In this document: positions 27,392 through 36,671 of the stretch, piece by piece
Layout of the letters: each line of letters opens with the position of its first letter
Numbering within the stretch: position 1 is the first letter of the stretch
NCBI GenBank assembly: GCA_015231405.1
Contig: JADGBR010000010.1
Location: 14,489-78,488, forward strand
Origin: Candidatus Omnitrophota bacterium
Lineage (GTDB): Bacteria > Omnitrophota > Gorgyraeia > Tantalellales > Tantalellaceae
Length of the DNA: 64,000 nt
Direction of reading: 5' to 3'
The notes under the pieces: model-generated
What the model saw: the letters and a program-made list of their open reading frames with translations, nothing else
What the model was told of the DNA's origin: nothing
The model's database searches: none
Made by a program: the position numbers and the translations under genes

Positions 27392-28486
27392 TTACCTAAC
27401 CCTCTGTCTGCTAACACTTAACATGAGCCCCGTCCCGACAAGGAACACGATCGCGCTCGACCCGCCGTAACTGATGAGCGGCAGCGGAAAACCCACGACG
27501 GGCATAAGCCCTATTGTCATCGATATATTTACGACTACCTGCACCGCGAAAAGAGTGACTATTCCCGTCACAACACCTTTCCCGAAAATATCGTCAGTGC
27601 CGGATATAATCCGCACCCCTCTGGCCACTACGATAGCGTACAGCAAAAGAAGGACAATGGCTCCGGCAAAACCCCATTCTTCCCCTATCACCGAAAAAAT
27701 AAAATCTGTATGGCGCTCCGGAAGGAATTTCAGCTGGCTTTGTGTGCCATGAAGCCACCCTTTCCCTAAAAACCCTCCGGAGCCTATGGCTATCTTAGAC
27801 TGAATGATCGTATAACCCGCACCAAGAGGATCAAGGTTAGGGTTCAGGAAAACCATAAGTCGGCTCTTCTGGTAACCTTTCAAGAGGTTCCAAAAGAGGG
27901 GCGTACTTATCAGCCCTAATATGATGGTCGTCATCATATATTTAATGTTCTCGCCGGAGACGAACAATACCGCGTAAACTACCGGGACAAGTATCATGGC
28001 GGTCCCAAGATCCGGCTGTTTAAATATCAGCAGAAAAGCGGGAGCGACAAGGGCTAATGCTAGAACAAAATTTCCAAGCGACCGGGCTCTTTCTTTTCTG
28101 GCGCGCAATAATCCCGATAGGACAAGTATGACCGCCAGTTTCACGAACTCTGAAGGTTGTATAGAAAAGAACCCAAGACCTATCCACCTTTTCGCGCCGA
28201 ACCTTTCGCCGCCCAGCATGAGCAGGAACACCAGCAGCACCAAAATAACAAGATAGAATATCGGCGCGAAATCCATGCTCCGCCTGTAATCCGAATTAGC
28301 AATGAGGACCATGACGGCCAATCCGGCAAATATCCAAATAGCCTGCTTGATCACGATCTGGCTTATCACAGGACCATCAGTGCCTCTCTGTGACGAGGCA
28401 CTGAAAACGAAAAATATGCCCAATAATGATATCGTAATAACTGCAGCCAAAAGTGTCTTATCCATCTTGCCGTATCCTGATCTCAT
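27392..28486 (-). CDS. rodA: SEDS-family peptidoglycan glycosyltransferase RodA
   Basis: 364 aa polytopic FtsW/RodA-family protein. It lies downstream of PBP2 and overlaps it by 4 nt. Confidence 0.8.
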   Translation of the reverse strand: MRSGYGKMDKTLLAAVITISLLGIFFVFSASSQRGTDGPVISQIVIKQAIWIFAGLAVMVLIANSDYRRSMDFAPIFYLVILVLLVFLLMLGGERFGAKRWIGLGFFSIQPSEFVKLAVILVLSGLLRARKERARSLGNFVLALALVAPAFLLIFKQPDLGTAMILVPVVYAVLFVSGENIKYMMTTIILGLISTPLFWNLLKGYQKSRLMVFLNPNLDPLGAGYTIIQSKIAIGSGGFLGKGWLHGTQSQLKFLPERHTDFIFSVIGEEWGFAGAIVLLLLYAIVVARGVRIISGTDDIFGKGVVTGIVTLFAVQVVVNISMTIGLMPVVGFPLPLISYGGSSAIVFLVGTGLMLSVSRQRVR

Positions 28487-30201
28487 AATAACCCGAGTTC
28501 CTTAGCTTTCATGAACACCTTACCGGCAGCCTGAGCGGCGAACTGTCCGCCGGCGCCGCCGTACTCATCGAACACAACTACGGCGAGTTTCGCGTCATCG
28601 TAGGGGGCGAAGCCCGCGAACCACCCGTGATTCTCGGCTTTTGAGGTTTGCGACGTCCCAGTCTTGCCGGCGACCACGAAATCCTTATTATAAGCCTTTC
28701 CACCCGTGCCACCGGGATCATTAACACAGTCGTAAAGTCCCTTTCTTATCGTGTCTATAGCGTACTCTGAAATATTCATGTGATCCCTCTGGGGATTTTC
28801 TATAGTAACATCTCCTATCTTAGCCGTTAAGTACGGGTTCACAAGATACCCTTTATTCGCGAAAACGCTTATGACTTTAGCCATCTGCAGGGGGCTGGCT
28901 AGAAGGTACCCTTGGCCGATCGAATAATTGACGGTATCACCATCGAACCACTTCTGCTTGAAACGTTTCTTTTTCCACTCGGGTGTAGGCAATAAGCCCG
29001 GGTTCTCCGCCGGGAGGTCTATCCCGGTAGACCTGCCTATCCCGAATTTCTCGGCGTATTCGATGATATTGTTAACTCCGGAAGCCAGACCCGTCCTATA
29101 GAAGAATACGTCGCACGAATTCTCTAGCGCCAAAATAACATTTTGAACGCCGTGCCCGTCTTTTTTCCAGCAGCCGAATTTTATCGAACCCAGATCTAAG
29201 AACCCGTTACAGGTAAATTCCGTAGATGGTTTTATCTTGCCCCTTTCCATAGCCGCCAGAGCGACCACGACCTTGAAAACCGATCCCGGCGGATATATGC
29301 CTGATATGGCCCTCATCACCATGGGTCTGTCATCGTTTTTCAATAGCGGTGTTACCTCTTTCTTTCTTTTCTTGTCGATGAACACAGCCGGGTCGAAAGC
29401 CGGTGACGTTACAATAGCCTTTACTGCACCGTCCCTCGGGTCCAGCGCGACTATGGCTCCTTTTCTGCCCTTAATGAGCGAATAGCAGTAATTCTCGAGG
29501 TCAAGATCTATCGTAGTGGTTATATTTTTTCCCGGGACAGGCTCGAGAAACCCTAGCATCCTGATCTCGCGTCCGCGATGGTCTACCTCGACCTGTTTTC
29601 CTCCGTCCTCCCCCCGGAGATAAGTATCATACTGTTTTTCCAGCCCGCTCCTGCCGATAAGGTCATCGATGGTATATCCGTACGGTTTCATTCTGCCGAG
29701 CTCGGCGCTGTTAATTAGCCCCAGAAACCCGATGACTCCCGACGACGCTTCGCCGCCGGGATATTCGCGTTTTGTAGCGACATCGACCATTAGCCCGGGG
29801 TGATCGGAAAGCATCTCCTCAATGAGCGTAGCGCCTTTTATCCCGACATCGTCGACAACAGGCTGGGTAAGATAGCCTTTCCCCCTACAATTCTTTATCC
29901 TTTCTTCTACGGTTTCCAGCGGGACCTCAAGTACCCTGCTAAGTTTTTCGGCAAGAAGCTTCCTATCGCTCATCTGGTTGTAAACTATGGCCGCGTTAAA
30001 GCAGATAACGTCCTGGGCCAATGGGCGGCCCTTATTGTCAAATATCCCGCCTCTCGGGGCTTTAAAAGGTATTACCCTGAGACGGTTACCCTCTGACATT
30101 TTCCTGAACGCTTCATGCCCGATTATCTGTATATTAAAAAGCCCGGCGATGACAAAAACCAGAGCCAGGAACAATATTCTGACAAATACCTTTATCCTCA
30201 T
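28483..30201 (-). CDS. mrdA: penicillin-binding protein 2 (elongasome transpeptidase)
   Basis: 572 aa with a PBP dimerisation domain and a transpeptidase domain (SVFK, SGN, KTG motifs). It lies in the mre cluster. Confidence 0.85.
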   Translation of the reverse strand: MRIKVFVRILFLALVFVIAGLFNIQIIGHEAFRKMSEGNRLRVIPFKAPRGGIFDNKGRPLAQDVICFNAAIVYNQMSDRKLLAEKLSRVLEVPLETVEERIKNCRGKGYLTQPVVDDVGIKGATLIEEMLSDHPGLMVDVATKREYPGGEASSGVIGFLGLINSAELGRMKPYGYTIDDLIGRSGLEKQYDTYLRGEDGGKQVEVDHRGREIRMLGFLEPVPGKNITTTIDLDLENYCYSLIKGRKGAIVALDPRDGAVKAIVTSPAFDPAVFIDKKRKKEVTPLLKNDDRPMVMRAISGIYPPGSVFKVVVALAAMERGKIKPSTEFTCNGFLDLGSIKFGCWKKDGHGVQNVILALENSCDVFFYRTGLASGVNNIIEYAEKFGIGRSTGIDLPAENPGLLPTPEWKKKRFKQKWFDGDTVNYSIGQGYLLASPLQMAKVISVFANKGYLVNPYLTAKIGDVTIENPQRDHMNISEYAIDTIRKGLYDCVNDPGGTGGKAYNKDFVVAGKTGTSQTSKAENHGWFAGFAPYDDAKLAVVVFDEYGGAGGQFAAQAAGKVFMKAKELGLL

Positions 30202-30203
30202 GA

Positions 30204-30698
30204 CTAAATCATCCCGGTTCTCTCTAAATAGTTGTTCAAGGGCATAAAGATGATCGGTGAAAGGATCAAAGTGACGACCACCACCCTCCAGTTATCCGCA
30301 ACCGCCGAAAGGAACCTGATGTCGTTACCGGTGAGGATATTGAGGTAGGCCGTATGCGCAAAGACCAGAGAGATCATGGCAACGAGCATGACAAATATGT
30401 GCAGAACAGGGCTGTTCCTGTAGAACATACCGGACATCATGCTCGAAAAGAGCGCTATGAGTGGAAAGACCACAATATCAGCGGGAAGGGTATGCGCCGA
30501 AAAAAAGCCCCTAAGGGCGCCGAGAAGAAATCCGGAAATGACCCCGTTCCCCATCCCTCCGAAGATAGAAATAAAAACTACCGCAAGAAGAATAAAATCG
30601 GGGCACCATACTGAGCCCGGGCTGAAGCGGATCTGGGCAAGAAAAGCCATAAAGAAAAATAGATAAATTCCCGGCAATTTTCTTATTTCAGAACGCAC
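30204..30698 (-). CDS. mreD: rod shape-determining protein MreD
   Basis: 164-aa polytopic membrane protein. Assigned by its position between mreC and mrdA. Confidence 0.6.
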   Translation of the reverse strand: MRSEIRKLPGIYLFFFMAFLAQIRFSPGSVWCPDFILLAVVFISIFGGMGNGVISGFLLGALRGFFSAHTLPADIVVFPLIALFSSMMSGMFYRNSPVLHIFVMLVAMISLVFAHTAYLNILTGNDIRFLSAVADNWRVVVVTLILSPIIFMPLNNYLERTGMI

Positions 30699-31462
30699 AG
30701 GACCTCTTCTTCGGATATAAGATCGGCAAAAGGCTTTATCATGGCATACTGATAAAGGCCTGTCCTGCTTCTGTGTACCGACACTACCTCTCCGACCTTT
30801 ATCCCTTTCGGGAAAATACCGGAAAGGCCCGAAGTCAGGACTTCCTCTTTGGGCTCCACGTTCTTGTCCAGTGGGATATACAGCATTTTCAGTTTACCTG
30901 TACCTGCTCCGGCCAGGACTCCGCTAGTCCTTGTTCCGGCCAGGACGCCTCCGCACCTGAAACTGGGATGAGTTATCATTACGGCCATACTGGCTTCCTC
31001 GCCGGGATCCGTGAGCATTCCCACCAGCCCCTTTCCGCTGCAAATAGCCGTATGTGCAACAAGCCCTTCCCTTGTTCCCTTGTTTATAATGAACCCTCCG
31101 GCCCATGCGTTAGGCTCACGTCCGATTATCTCGGCCGGAACGGTCCTGAAATCAAAACTCTTCCTGAAACTCGCCAGGTCCCTCAATCGGTCGTTCTCTT
31201 TTTTTAGCTCGTCAAAAGCAGACGTTTTCAACAAAAGGACGTCTATTCTGCTTTTCAGCCGGGTATTCTCCGCGATAAGTTCGCCCCTGGACATTAAAGA
31301 CATTGATACATTATCAATGACATTCAGTGGAAAGGTAAAGACCTTAATTGCCAGGAATTTCAGATCATGAAGGGACGATGGGTCACGGAAGAAAAAAAAG
31401 ACCGAAGCCAGTATTAAAGCTATTATTAAACGGTATCTCTGTTTGTAATATACCTTGGGCAC
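30683..31462 (-). CDS. mreC: rod shape-determining protein MreC
   Basis: 259 aa with an N-terminal TM helix, a coiled coil, and MreC-like beta domains. Confidence 0.75.
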   Translation of the reverse strand: MPKVYYKQRYRLIIALILASVFFFFRDPSSLHDLKFLAIKVFTFPLNVIDNVSMSLMSRGELIAENTRLKSRIDVLLLKTSAFDELKKENDRLRDLASFRKSFDFRTVPAEIIGREPNAWAGGFIINKGTREGLVAHTAICSGKGLVGMLTDPGEEASMAVMITHPSFRCGGVLAGTRTSGVLAGAGTGKLKMLYIPLDKNVEPKEEVLTSGLSGIFPKGIKVGEVVSVHRSRTGLYQYAMIKPFADLISEEEVLCVLK

Positions 31463-31517
31463 ATCAAAATAAATTGTCAGACTTGAATGAACCTCTATCC
31501 CTCACTGATAAAAAGAT

Positions 31518-32579
31518 CTACCTGTGAAGTTTAGGGGCTACGGTCAACCTCTTAAGATAACTGATCTCGCTCAATACCTTCCCTGTCCCCATAGCAACCG
31601 CCGTCAAAGGATCATCGGCAATATGCACCGGAAGACCGGTCTCTTCGGAAATAAGTTTGTCAAGGCCTCTCAAAAGCGCTCCGCCGCCTGCTAGGATGAT
31701 ACCTTTCTCGATAAGGTCGGCCGAAAGCTCGGGTGGGGTCCTTTCAAGTGTGGTCCTTACGGCTTCCACTATCTGTGAAATAGGCTCCGAAAGTGCTTCG
31801 CGTATCTCTTCACTGTTGATCGTCACGGATTTGGGAAGGCCGGCTACCTGATCACGGCCCCTTACCTCCATCGTCATTTCCTCCTCAAGGGGATATGCGG
31901 ATCCAATGCTGATCTTGATATCTTCCGCCGTCCTCTCCCCTATCATGAGGTTGTAGGTCCTTCTCAAATAGTTAACGATAGCCTCGTCCATCACATCCCC
32001 TCCGGTCCTTATGGATTTGGAGAAAACAAGACCCGCCAGGGATATAACCGCCAATTCTGTAGTACCTCCGCCGATATCAATTATCATGTTCCCCGAAGGC
32101 TCCTGTATCGGAAGCCCTACCCCGATGGCGGCGGCCATAGGCTCTTCGATCATATAGACCTCTCTCGCTCCGGCGTGTATAGCTGAATCTCTCACTGCAC
32201 GCCTTTCCACTTCGGTTATACCGGATGGGACCGCTATTACTATACGAGGCCTGACCAACCTGCGGGAATTATGTACTTTCTTAATGAAATATCTGAGCAT
32301 GCTCTCCGTAATATCAAAGTCGGCTATAACGCCAGCCTTCATAGGTCTGATGGCCACTATATTCCCGGGAGTACGCCCGAGCATTCTCTTCGCTTCTTCC
32401 CCCACGGCCAGAACATTCGTCGTCCCGGCCTCTACGGCGACCACGGAGGGCTCGCAAAGAACTATTCCCTCATTCTTAAGATACACAAGGGTGGATGCTG
32501 TTCCAAGGTCGATCCCTATGTCGCTTGAAAAGAAACCAAGCAAATTACGCATAAAGTTCACAAAACGATTCGGGACCAT
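31518..32579 (-). CDS. mreB: rod shape-determining protein MreB
   Basis: Actin-like ATPase with [14 protein letters not shown]. The track start is a GTG at 32585. The ATG at 32579 is preceded by AAGGTG 5 nt upstream. An alternative ATG lies at 32552. Confidence 0.9.
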   Translation of the reverse strand: MVPNRFVNFMRNLLGFFSSDIGIDLGTASTLVYLKNEGIVLCEPSVVAVEAGTTNVLAVGEEAKRMLGRTPGNIVAIRPMKAGVIADFDITESMLRYFIKKVHNSRRLVRPRIVIAVPSGITEVERRAVRDSAIHAGAREVYMIEEPMAAAIGVGLPIQEPSGNMIIDIGGGTTELAVISLAGLVFSKSIRTGGDVMDEAIVNYLRRTYNLMIGERTAEDIKISIGSAYPLEEEMTMEVRGRDQVAGLPKSVTINSEEIREALSEPISQIVEAVRTTLERTPPELSADLIEKGIILAGGGALLRGLDKLISEETGLPVHIADDPLTAVAMGTGKVLSEISYLKRLTVAPKLHR

Positions 32580-32647
32580 ACCCACACCTTCTTTCTTATA
32601 TTTAAAGGATTTAAAGCGGATAAATTACACAAAAAGAAGCTCATTGG

Positions 32648-32676
32648 ATAGTAGCAAATATATGGGGGTTTGTCAA
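32648..32676 (-). promoter_or_regulatory. sigma70 promoter TTGACA-N17-TACTAT upstream of mreB
   Basis: -35 at 32676..32671 and -10 at 32653..32648. Confidence 0.55.
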
Positions 32677-32756
32677 ATAATTTCTAAATAACGTGGAACG
32701 TGTGACATGGGACGAGAAATCTAGGACGTCCTACGTCCTACCCCGTCCTCCTTTAA

Positions 32757-34058
32757 TTACTTACCGGCAAGTTTAACGACACGGGTAAGATCTTCAAGAA
32801 AACCGGGATAAGATGTCGCAACGCAATCAACGCTGTCAATAATGCTTTCTCCCGACGAGAAAAGCGAGGCTATAGCCATGCTCATGGCGGTGCGGTGGTC
32901 TCCGTAACTAATGAACCGTGATGGCTCAAACCTCCTCCGCCCTCCAGGGATGACCACATCGTCGCCTGAACTTATGATCTCTATTCCGGCCTTCAGAAGG
33001 TTTTCCCCCATGCTTTTTATCCGGTCAGTTTCCTTGACTTTCAGCTCTGAGATCCCGCGGATGACGGTTTCACCCGAGGCCATAGCGGCCGCGACCATGA
33101 GAACGGGTATCTCGTCTATTAAAAGAGGTATCTCCGAAGGAGCGACAACTGTCCCTTTCAAATGTGAGTTTTTAACCCGGATATCGCCGTAAGGTTCCGG
33201 GCCTTTTTTAATGTCCGATATCCTTACGTCCGCGCCCATCCGTAAAAGCACGTCCAAAATCCCCGTCCTGGTAGGATTAAGCCCGACGCCCTTTAAAAGG
33301 AGATCGGATTTTTCGGCCAATAAAGCGCCGACCAGGAAGAAAGCCGCGCTTGAGATATCACCGGGTACAACTATGTCCTTTGGCTCGAGCTCTTTGAGCC
33401 CATTGACGCTTACCGTTAACTTATCCTTTCGGATGTCAGCTCCGAAAAGCTCCAAAATCCTTTCAGTATGGTCCCGGGAAATGAACGGTTCGGTAACGGA
33501 AGTGACCCCGTCAGCGTACAACCCGGCGGCGAGAACCGATGATTTTACCTGGGCGCTCGCGATCGGCATAGAATATGCTATAGGTTTAAGGGGCGCCTTA
33601 GCGCCTTTGATAATGAAGGGCGCGAACCCTTCTTTTTCGAGAAAATCTATCCTTGCTCCCATTTTCGCGAGCGGCTCTATTACCCTTTTCATCGGCCTTC
33701 CCGAAAGAGACTCATCGCCCGTGAGGATGACCTCTATCTCCTGCCCCGCCAGTATGCCCGCGATGATGCGCATGCTAGTCCCGGAATTCCCGAGATATAA
33801 CCTGCCCTCGGGCGCTTTAAGCCCCTTAAGTCCGACCCCCTTGATCCTAAGGATGTCTCCATTAACTTCGATAGGGACGCCCATGGCCTTAAAAGCCGAG
33901 AGCGTGCTCATACAATCCTCTCCGGTAAGGAAGTTCCCGACCTTCAAAGAGCCTTTTGAGATCGCCCCGAACATCACGGCGCGGTGCGAGATACTCTTGT
34001 CAGGGGGAACAGCTATTGTTCCTTTTATCTCATTAGCAGGATTAATTTTCCAATTCAT
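32757..34058 (-). CDS. aroA: 3-phosphoshikimate 1-carboxyvinyltransferase (EPSP synthase)
   Basis: 433 aa, EPSP synthase-like throughout (KSISHRAVMFGAIS...). Confidence 0.9.
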   Translation of the reverse strand: MNWKINPANEIKGTIAVPPDKSISHRAVMFGAISKGSLKVGNFLTGEDCMSTLSAFKAMGVPIEVNGDILRIKGVGLKGLKAPEGRLYLGNSGTSMRIIAGILAGQEIEVILTGDESLSGRPMKRVIEPLAKMGARIDFLEKEGFAPFIIKGAKAPLKPIAYSMPIASAQVKSSVLAAGLYADGVTSVTEPFISRDHTERILELFGADIRKDKLTVSVNGLKELEPKDIVVPGDISSAAFFLVGALLAEKSDLLLKGVGLNPTRTGILDVLLRMGADVRISDIKKGPEPYGDIRVKNSHLKGTVVAPSEIPLLIDEIPVLMVAAAMASGETVIRGISELKVKETDRIKSMGENLLKAGIEIISSGDDVVIPGGRRRFEPSRFISYGDHRTAMSMAIASLFSSGESIIDSVDCVATSYPGFLEDLTRVVKLAGK

Positions 34059-34984
34059 ATTGTCTCCGGTATTGAGTAATCCCCGCGTTTAATTACCCTA
34101 AGCATATCTTCCGGCACCGGCGCAACGAACTCGACGAACTTGCCTGTATCCGGATGAGTGAACCCAAGTTTATCCGCATGGAGGGCGTGTCGCGGCATTT
34201 CATTACCGATACCGTAAACTTTATCACCCAGAACGGGGTGCCCGATATGAGCGAGATGGACCCTTATCTGATGGGTTCGTCCCGATTCAGGCTCCAATTT
34301 CAACACTGTGAACCTCTCGAACCTTTTGGCCACGTGGAAAACTGTGCAGGCGGGTTTGCCCCTTTCGTGGTCGACCACGATCCTCCGGTGATCCTTAAGG
34401 TCCCTGGCAAGCGGCTGATCCACGATACCATTATCAGGCCCAACAACCCCGCGAACGAGCGCTATATATCTTTTTTTCACATTTCGCTTCTGGAATTGTT
34501 TCGACAGCGAGCGGTGGGCCCTGTCATTCTTAGCCACTACTATCAGCCCCGAAGTATCTTTGTCAAGCCTGTGCACTATTCCCGGCCTCGCCCCGTCTCC
34601 CGAGGAGGCCACCTCGCGGCACCTAAAAAGCACCGCGCTCACAAGCGTCCCATTTTTATTACCCGCGCCGGGATGAACTACAAGACCAGCGGTTTTATCT
34701 ATAACCATTATCCAATTGTCCTCGTAAATGACGTTGACAGGTATTTCCTCCGGCTCGATATCCGAGGATCCTTTAGGTGCGAATAGGCAGGAAACCGAAT
34801 CACCGGGCTTCAGAACATAGCTTGGTTTGACGCTCGCACCGTTCACCGTGATGTGGCCTTCGGTAATGAGATCCCTTACATATGTCCTTGAGCGTTCATC
34901 CCCGAGCATCGTGGCGACATATTTATCCACCCGGCACGGCGGCTGATCATCTGAAATAAGATATTTTGTCTCTTCCATCGGCAT
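34055..34984 (-). CDS. rluD: RluA-family 23S rRNA pseudouridine synthase (RluD-like, S4 domain)
   Basis: 309 aa with an N-terminal S4 domain and the catalytic motif HRLDKDTSGLIVVAKN. Confidence 0.85.
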   Translation of the reverse strand: MPMEETKYLISDDQPPCRVDKYVATMLGDERSRTYVRDLITEGHITVNGASVKPSYVLKPGDSVSCLFAPKGSSDIEPEEIPVNVIYEDNWIMVIDKTAGLVVHPGAGNKNGTLVSAVLFRCREVASSGDGARPGIVHRLDKDTSGLIVVAKNDRAHRSLSKQFQKRNVKKRYIALVRGVVGPDNGIVDQPLARDLKDHRRIVVDHERGKPACTVFHVAKRFERFTVLKLEPESGRTHQIRVHLAHIGHPVLGDKVYGIGNEMPRHALHADKLGFTHPDTGKFVEFVAPVPEDMLRVIKRGDYSIPETI

Positions 34985-34988
34985 TGTC

Positions 34989-35777
34989 CTAGAAAACCTT
35001 TTTAAAAGCCTCGCCCCGCCTCATACGGAAAAAATACGCCCCTACGATGAATATGCCTACGCTCAAGACCTGGGCGAGGGTTAACGAGAAAAAGATCCCG
35101 GGGTTATCCGCACGGAGAAAATCGGACAAGAACCTTACGAGCGAAAAGATCAGTAGGTATACAAGGAAAACACTGCCGTCGAATGGTTTCCTCTCCCGGT
35201 ACGACGTAAGGAAGAGGAACAAAAGCGCGAGCACGAGCGATGAGTACAGCTGCACCGGGATCCTCGCCGCGACGTCGCCGGGAAAAACAACGCCGAATCC
35301 GTTATCGACAGTTCTTCCGTAACAACAGCCGTTCAAATAGCAGCCTATCCTTCCGATGGAATGCCCCAACGCAATGTAAGGCGCTACGACGTCTGACATT
35401 TTCCAGAATGAAAGTTTTTTAACGCGGCATGTTATTATCCCGGCAGCGGCACCCGCGATCAAGCTCCCGTGAAAAGCCATCCCGCCGTCCCTAAAAACCG
35501 GGATGAGCCATGGGTTACTGGCGAAATACCCTATATTGACGATAACGTACAGCATTCGCCCGCCAACGAGCCCGGACAACAATACCCAGAAAAAACAATC
35601 AGCTATTTCGTTAAATGGTTCTCCCGTACGACGTGAATACCCGTACGCGAGAAAGGCGCATGTGAGGAAGGCGGCCGCCACGCAAAAACCGTACGTGTAT
35701 ATTTTAAAACCAAAGACATCAAGAAGAACCGGATGCATTATCGACCTTCTTTCTGGCAAAAATGATAGCCGCGGCAA
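34989..35777 (-). CDS. lgt: prolipoprotein diacylglyceryl transferase
   Basis: Lgt signature GRIGCYLNGCCYGR. Alternative start at the ATG at 35738 (MHPVLLDVFGFKIYTYGF). Confidence 0.85.
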   Translation of the reverse strand: MPRLSFLPERRSIMHPVLLDVFGFKIYTYGFCVAAAFLTCAFLAYGYSRRTGEPFNEIADCFFWVLLSGLVGGRMLYVIVNIGYFASNPWLIPVFRDGGMAFHGSLIAGAAAGIITCRVKKLSFWKMSDVVAPYIALGHSIGRIGCYLNGCCYGRTVDNGFGVVFPGDVAARIPVQLYSSLVLALLFLFLTSYRERKPFDGSVFLVYLLIFSLVRFLSDFLRADNPGIFFSLTLAQVLSVGIFIVGAYFFRMRRGEAFKKVF

Positions 35778-36186
35778 GAACTATCGCCCCGGACGTAATA
35801 AAACTGTCAGCAACGTTAAAAACCGGCCATATCCTGAAATCGAAAAAATCCACAACGTAACCCAGCCTGACCCTGTCCGTAAAGTTCCCAAGCGTCCCCG
35901 AAAAAATGAACGTAAGGCCCGTCCGCTCAAGTGTCCCGATAGAGTCAAAACGCCTGGCCATGAACCAGGCAATGAACAAAAGAGCCGCGACGGAAGCGAT
36001 CACAAAGATGCCGGGACTCGACCTCATTATCCCGAAAGCCGCGCCCGTATTATGAACAAGGGTTATATGAAAAACGTCTTTTATGACCGGCGAGCTTTCC
36101 CCGATCGATAAGGAACTGAGGACAATGTACTTTGTCAGCTGGTCAACCGCGAAAATAAAGACCGCCGACAACATTAAAATGATCAT
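35719..36186 (-). CDS. lspA: lipoprotein signal peptidase II
   Basis: LspA motifs NTGAAFG and FNVADS. Start taken at the ATG at 36186, which overlaps the upstream stop as ATGA. The track extension runs into the neighbouring gene. Confidence 0.85.
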   Translation of the reverse strand: MIILMLSAVFIFAVDQLTKYIVLSSLSIGESSPVIKDVFHITLVHNTGAAFGIMRSSPGIFVIASVAALLFIAWFMARRFDSIGTLERTGLTFIFSGTLGNFTDRVRLGYVVDFFDFRIWPVFNVADSFITSGAIVLAAAIIFARKKVDNASGSS

Positions 36187-36671
36187 TTGCTTTCTGATCG
36201 TTCTCTTTTCTCCTGGCATTTTATGCAATAGTGCGCCTGGGGCATAGCTTCCAGTCTCTGCCTGGATATTTTCTCGCCGCACATCTCGCAGCCCCCGTAC
36301 AAACCTTCATCGATCTTTTTTATGGCTTCGTCCAGCGAATAGAGCAGCTGCCTTTCACCCTCCGCCAGGCCGAGTATGAACTCACGATCGTACATGTCGG
36401 TCGCCATGTCGGCCATATGGAAAGAATAACCGGACAGATCCCCGGAGGCGTCTTTCTGGGATTTGCTGGCATCCTTCTTTATACGCTTCAGCTCCTCCAG
36501 TATCCCGGCCCTCTCCTCGACAAGGCTATCGCGCACCTTCATCAGTTCCGGGCTTATCTTCACATTTTTCTTTTTCGGAGCATTCAATTCATTCTTTTTC
36601 TGCGCCTTTACGGTTTTCTGTTTGGGCTTGGAACTTTCGATCTTTTTAACCGGTTTTTTCTTATTGGCCAT
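36183..36671 (-). CDS. DksA/TraR-family C4 zinc-finger protein
   Basis: C-terminal CEMCGEKI...CIKCQ with a coiled-coil region. Start taken at M25 (MANKKKPVKK), just after the ileS stop. The track start is a TTG that overlaps ileS. Confidence 0.6.
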   Translation of the reverse strand: MANKKKPVKKIESSKPKQKTVKAQKKNELNAPKKKNVKISPELMKVRDSLVEERAGILEELKRIKKDASKSQKDASGDLSGYSFHMADMATDMYDREFILGLAEGERQLLYSLDEAIKKIDEGLYGGCEMCGEKISRQRLEAMPQAHYCIKCQEKRERSESK